This document shows positions 61,702 through 64,000 of a DNA stretch of 64,000 nt, in pieces. Under the pieces are notes generated by a model. It had not been told where the DNA came from and searched no databases. It saw only the letters and a program-made list of their open reading frames with translations. Source of the stretch: Schizochytrium sp. TIO01. Its lineage: Eukaryota; Protista; Bigyra: Labyrinthulomycetes. Position numbers and translations under genes: made by a program. Positions within the stretch are counted from its first letter, which is position 1, and each line of letters opens with the position of its first letter. The stretch spans positions 1-64,000 of the forward strand of contig SMSO01000033.1 of NCBI GenBank assembly GCA_004764695.1. Direction: 5' to 3'.

Positions 61702-62295
61702 TTAGGCCTCAGCTGCACCCTTGATCTCTTCAAGCACGAGATCCAACAAGAGGTGACTGTCACGGGTGTTGAGCCAGGTCTCTGTATCCCTGTCAAAGCG
61801 GTAGCGCTTGGGCCCGCTGATGGGTGACGAGAGCCACACCTGACGGTTGGGAGTCTGCTTGTTGAGCACCCAGATACCCTTGGAGCCAAGGTCAATCTGA
61901 ATTACGTCATGCGTATTATCCACCTCGCACATTTCGCCCGTGGTTTCCTCAGCACGCAAAACAATGGCATCCAGCTCCTGCTCCAAATCGTCAAAGAGAT
62001 CTGCCACCATATCTTCAAACTCGCGCTCCGTGAAACCATCAATCACCTCATTGCTCATCCAGCGCCGCTCGCACGTCGCCACGCCGCCGCTGCCTCGCGA
62101 AGATTCGGTAAAGCCCACAATGTGTGTGCTTGCGGTGAGCATATCGACGCCGCGAGCTGCCACGAGCCGCGCTGGTGCCAGGCTTGACGCGTGCTGCGCC
62201 GATGCCGCAGGGTTGCGGACGATCTTGGTAGCGCCGCTGAGCCGCGTTGAAGAGCGACTGAGGCTGCGCACTCCGCTGCGAGCTGCGCCAATCAT
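61702..62295 (-). CDS. FXN: Frataxin (CyaY family), mitochondrial precursor
   Basis: WVLNKQTPNRQVWLSSPISGPKRY signature, acidic helix, Arg/Ser-rich N-terminal transit peptide. Confidence 0.95.
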   Translation of the reverse strand: MIGAARSGVRSLSRSSTRLSGATKIVRNPAASAQHASSLAPARLVAARGVDMLTASTHIVGFTESSRGSGGVATCERRWMSNEVIDGFTEREFEDMVADLFDDLEQELDAIVLRAEETTGEMCEVDNTHDVIQIDLGSKGIWVLNKQTPNRQVWLSSPISGPKRYRFDRDTETWLNTRDSHLLLDLVLEEIKGAAEA

Positions 62296-64000
62296 TGTGA
62301 AAAGGAGAGAGGTTTGGTGTGCTGCTGACTTCTCAGGTCCCTACGCGCGGTGTGGCCGTCGCAGTAAGGTTTCTCGTCTATTCTGAAGTCGTCTGTGAAC
62401 CTCTGGAAAGTTTCCCTTCTTGGTAATTAATTTTATTGATTTGATCAGCAATTGATTCAGGAGACACTACTAAGCTATACCTTAATAGCAATAGGCGCAT
62501 TGCAAGAATAATGCGGTTCTTGTATCACAAGCGACTCAAGTCAATCTTGGTCAGATTGGCCATGGTAGCAGAGCACGGTTTGTAATCCTGGCTTGATACT
62601 TGACAAAACAAACCGTAACTGATTTATAGCAGCAGCAGAACACAATTTCGCTGGTATGGCAGAACCAGCTTGATCGATTAGTTTTTTGGAATAGCACCAA
62701 GAACCATTATTAAATGCAATTGTAGTTCAGTGAAGTTTAAAGTTTGTTTATGGCTAAGCGGCGTTCGGTTTGCATCGATGCCGCCATAGCGTTGCATATT
62801 GCAGGTAATAATCAAGAGCAAAGACCAAGATGTTAAGGTTCTAGTAATTTTCAGGACTTCTCCATTCTGGATCTCTCTCTGTAAAATCTTTGCTCCAACG
62901 ACTTAAGACAGGAGACATGTTGGTTTTGACATTACTATCTTTCATCAACTTGGAGTCATTCAACATCGCTGGTCGAGTGTGCGTGAGAGAGATAAAGAAT
63001 CCTAGGCTTTCACCCAACATGAACAAGTCTCCGCGTGAAGCATGAGGCTTGCCGTTGGCATAGAGTGTGTTCTGGAGTTCCAACACAACGACCACGCGCA
63101 ACGTTTGAGGGTTTACGGGAGCACTATCCAGCTCCAAATAGCCTCCTGGTTCGGCCCATACTTCGCCCCGAAGTTTGGAACCAGAGAGAATGCAAATGGA
63201 ACAGCCACTTTAGTAATGGTGCTACGCTACCTACTTTACCATAAGCGCAGCACTACATACTCCTGAGCTGACGAAAGGAGTTTCTCTCAGATGGGAGCTT
63301 CTTCATCTTGAAATCTAGTTTAACCCTCAAATGATCTGTCTGCTCAACTTTCGATCACATATCGCAATTCCATTGTCGAAATAGATGGCATCATAATATC
63401 CACGACTTGTCAGCAGAAAGCGCATCCAGGAGGACCACCAGGAGACGGACATTTGGGATGCTGGACATCGTTGTGGGGGTGCACTGTCAAGTATTTTACG
63501 ATCCTGATGATGATAATCTAGTGCTGTGGTGCTTTGCTTTCTTTGTATTTCTGCTTTCGCAGGCTGACAAAGATTCTTTTGAAGAGACTAAAGATAGACC
63601 AAATCGAAGTTGGCTACATATAAGTAATCGCGAAAATCCCAAACAAAAACACGCATAGGTTTCTTTCATTGCACACGCAGAGCGCGCACGAGAAAGAGAG
63701 AGAGAGAGAGGAAGAAAAAGGGAGATTCTTAATATGCATGCGCAGTGGCTAGCTTACCTCATACGATTTTCCATCAGGGATATTTCCTGTCTGATACTCT
63801 TTTAATACAGGCAGGGAATCTCACATAACAACAACAATCCGAGTAGCCTGACTGCTTTTTGTTGTTGTGGTGGTTTAATTCTGTTTACAATCTTATTTTC
63901 ATCTGTCATGAGAGTGAATTATCAAACAAAATCACTCGAAAAAGTCTCGGATAGAGCGAGCTGGAGGCTACCTACCTCTCTTAGAGCTTCCTTCGCGAAC

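Noticed and set aside
62841-63658. Short ORFs at the right end of the window
   Set aside because: No recognisable motifs or supportable gene model.

Overview
Left end of a eukaryotic chromosome, most likely a thraustochytrid (Aurantiochytrium-like; inferred from the TTAGG telomere, a stramenopile-like 18S and a single subtelomeric rDNA unit). Order: (CCTAA)n telomere with a (CCTTA) variant zone (1-503); three families of long subtelomeric tandem repeats (~370, ~535, ~412 bp), one unit interrupted by a 364-bp TRIM-like retroelement; one 18S-5.8S-28S unit transcribed toward the telomere (9.1-14.6 kb); a ~30-kb accessory zone; then housekeeping genes (folate-biopterin transporter, MED17-like, frataxin). 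Main result: the ~385-bp and ~421-bp tandem repeats of the accessory zone are exon+intron units, which the ORF track misses. Each unit is one 84-nt exon encoding one 28-aa RI-type leucine-rich repeat plus a near-identical phase-2 GT-AG intron. Splicing by hand gives three stop-free genes: LRR9 + short tail (379 aa), LRR10-helical-kinase-RING1/Rcat (1263 aa) and LRR10-Roc-COR-TIR (1147 aa). Exon variation is concentrated at the exposed LxxLxLxxNxL positions while introns are homogenised, and the same LRR cassette sits on different effector tails. This looks like a subtelomeric, recombination-diversified, immune-like receptor system. A 5S gene, two 5S relics, decayed LRR and RING paralogues and TA...TA solo LTRs are interspersed. 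All gene models are manual and have no transcript support yet.
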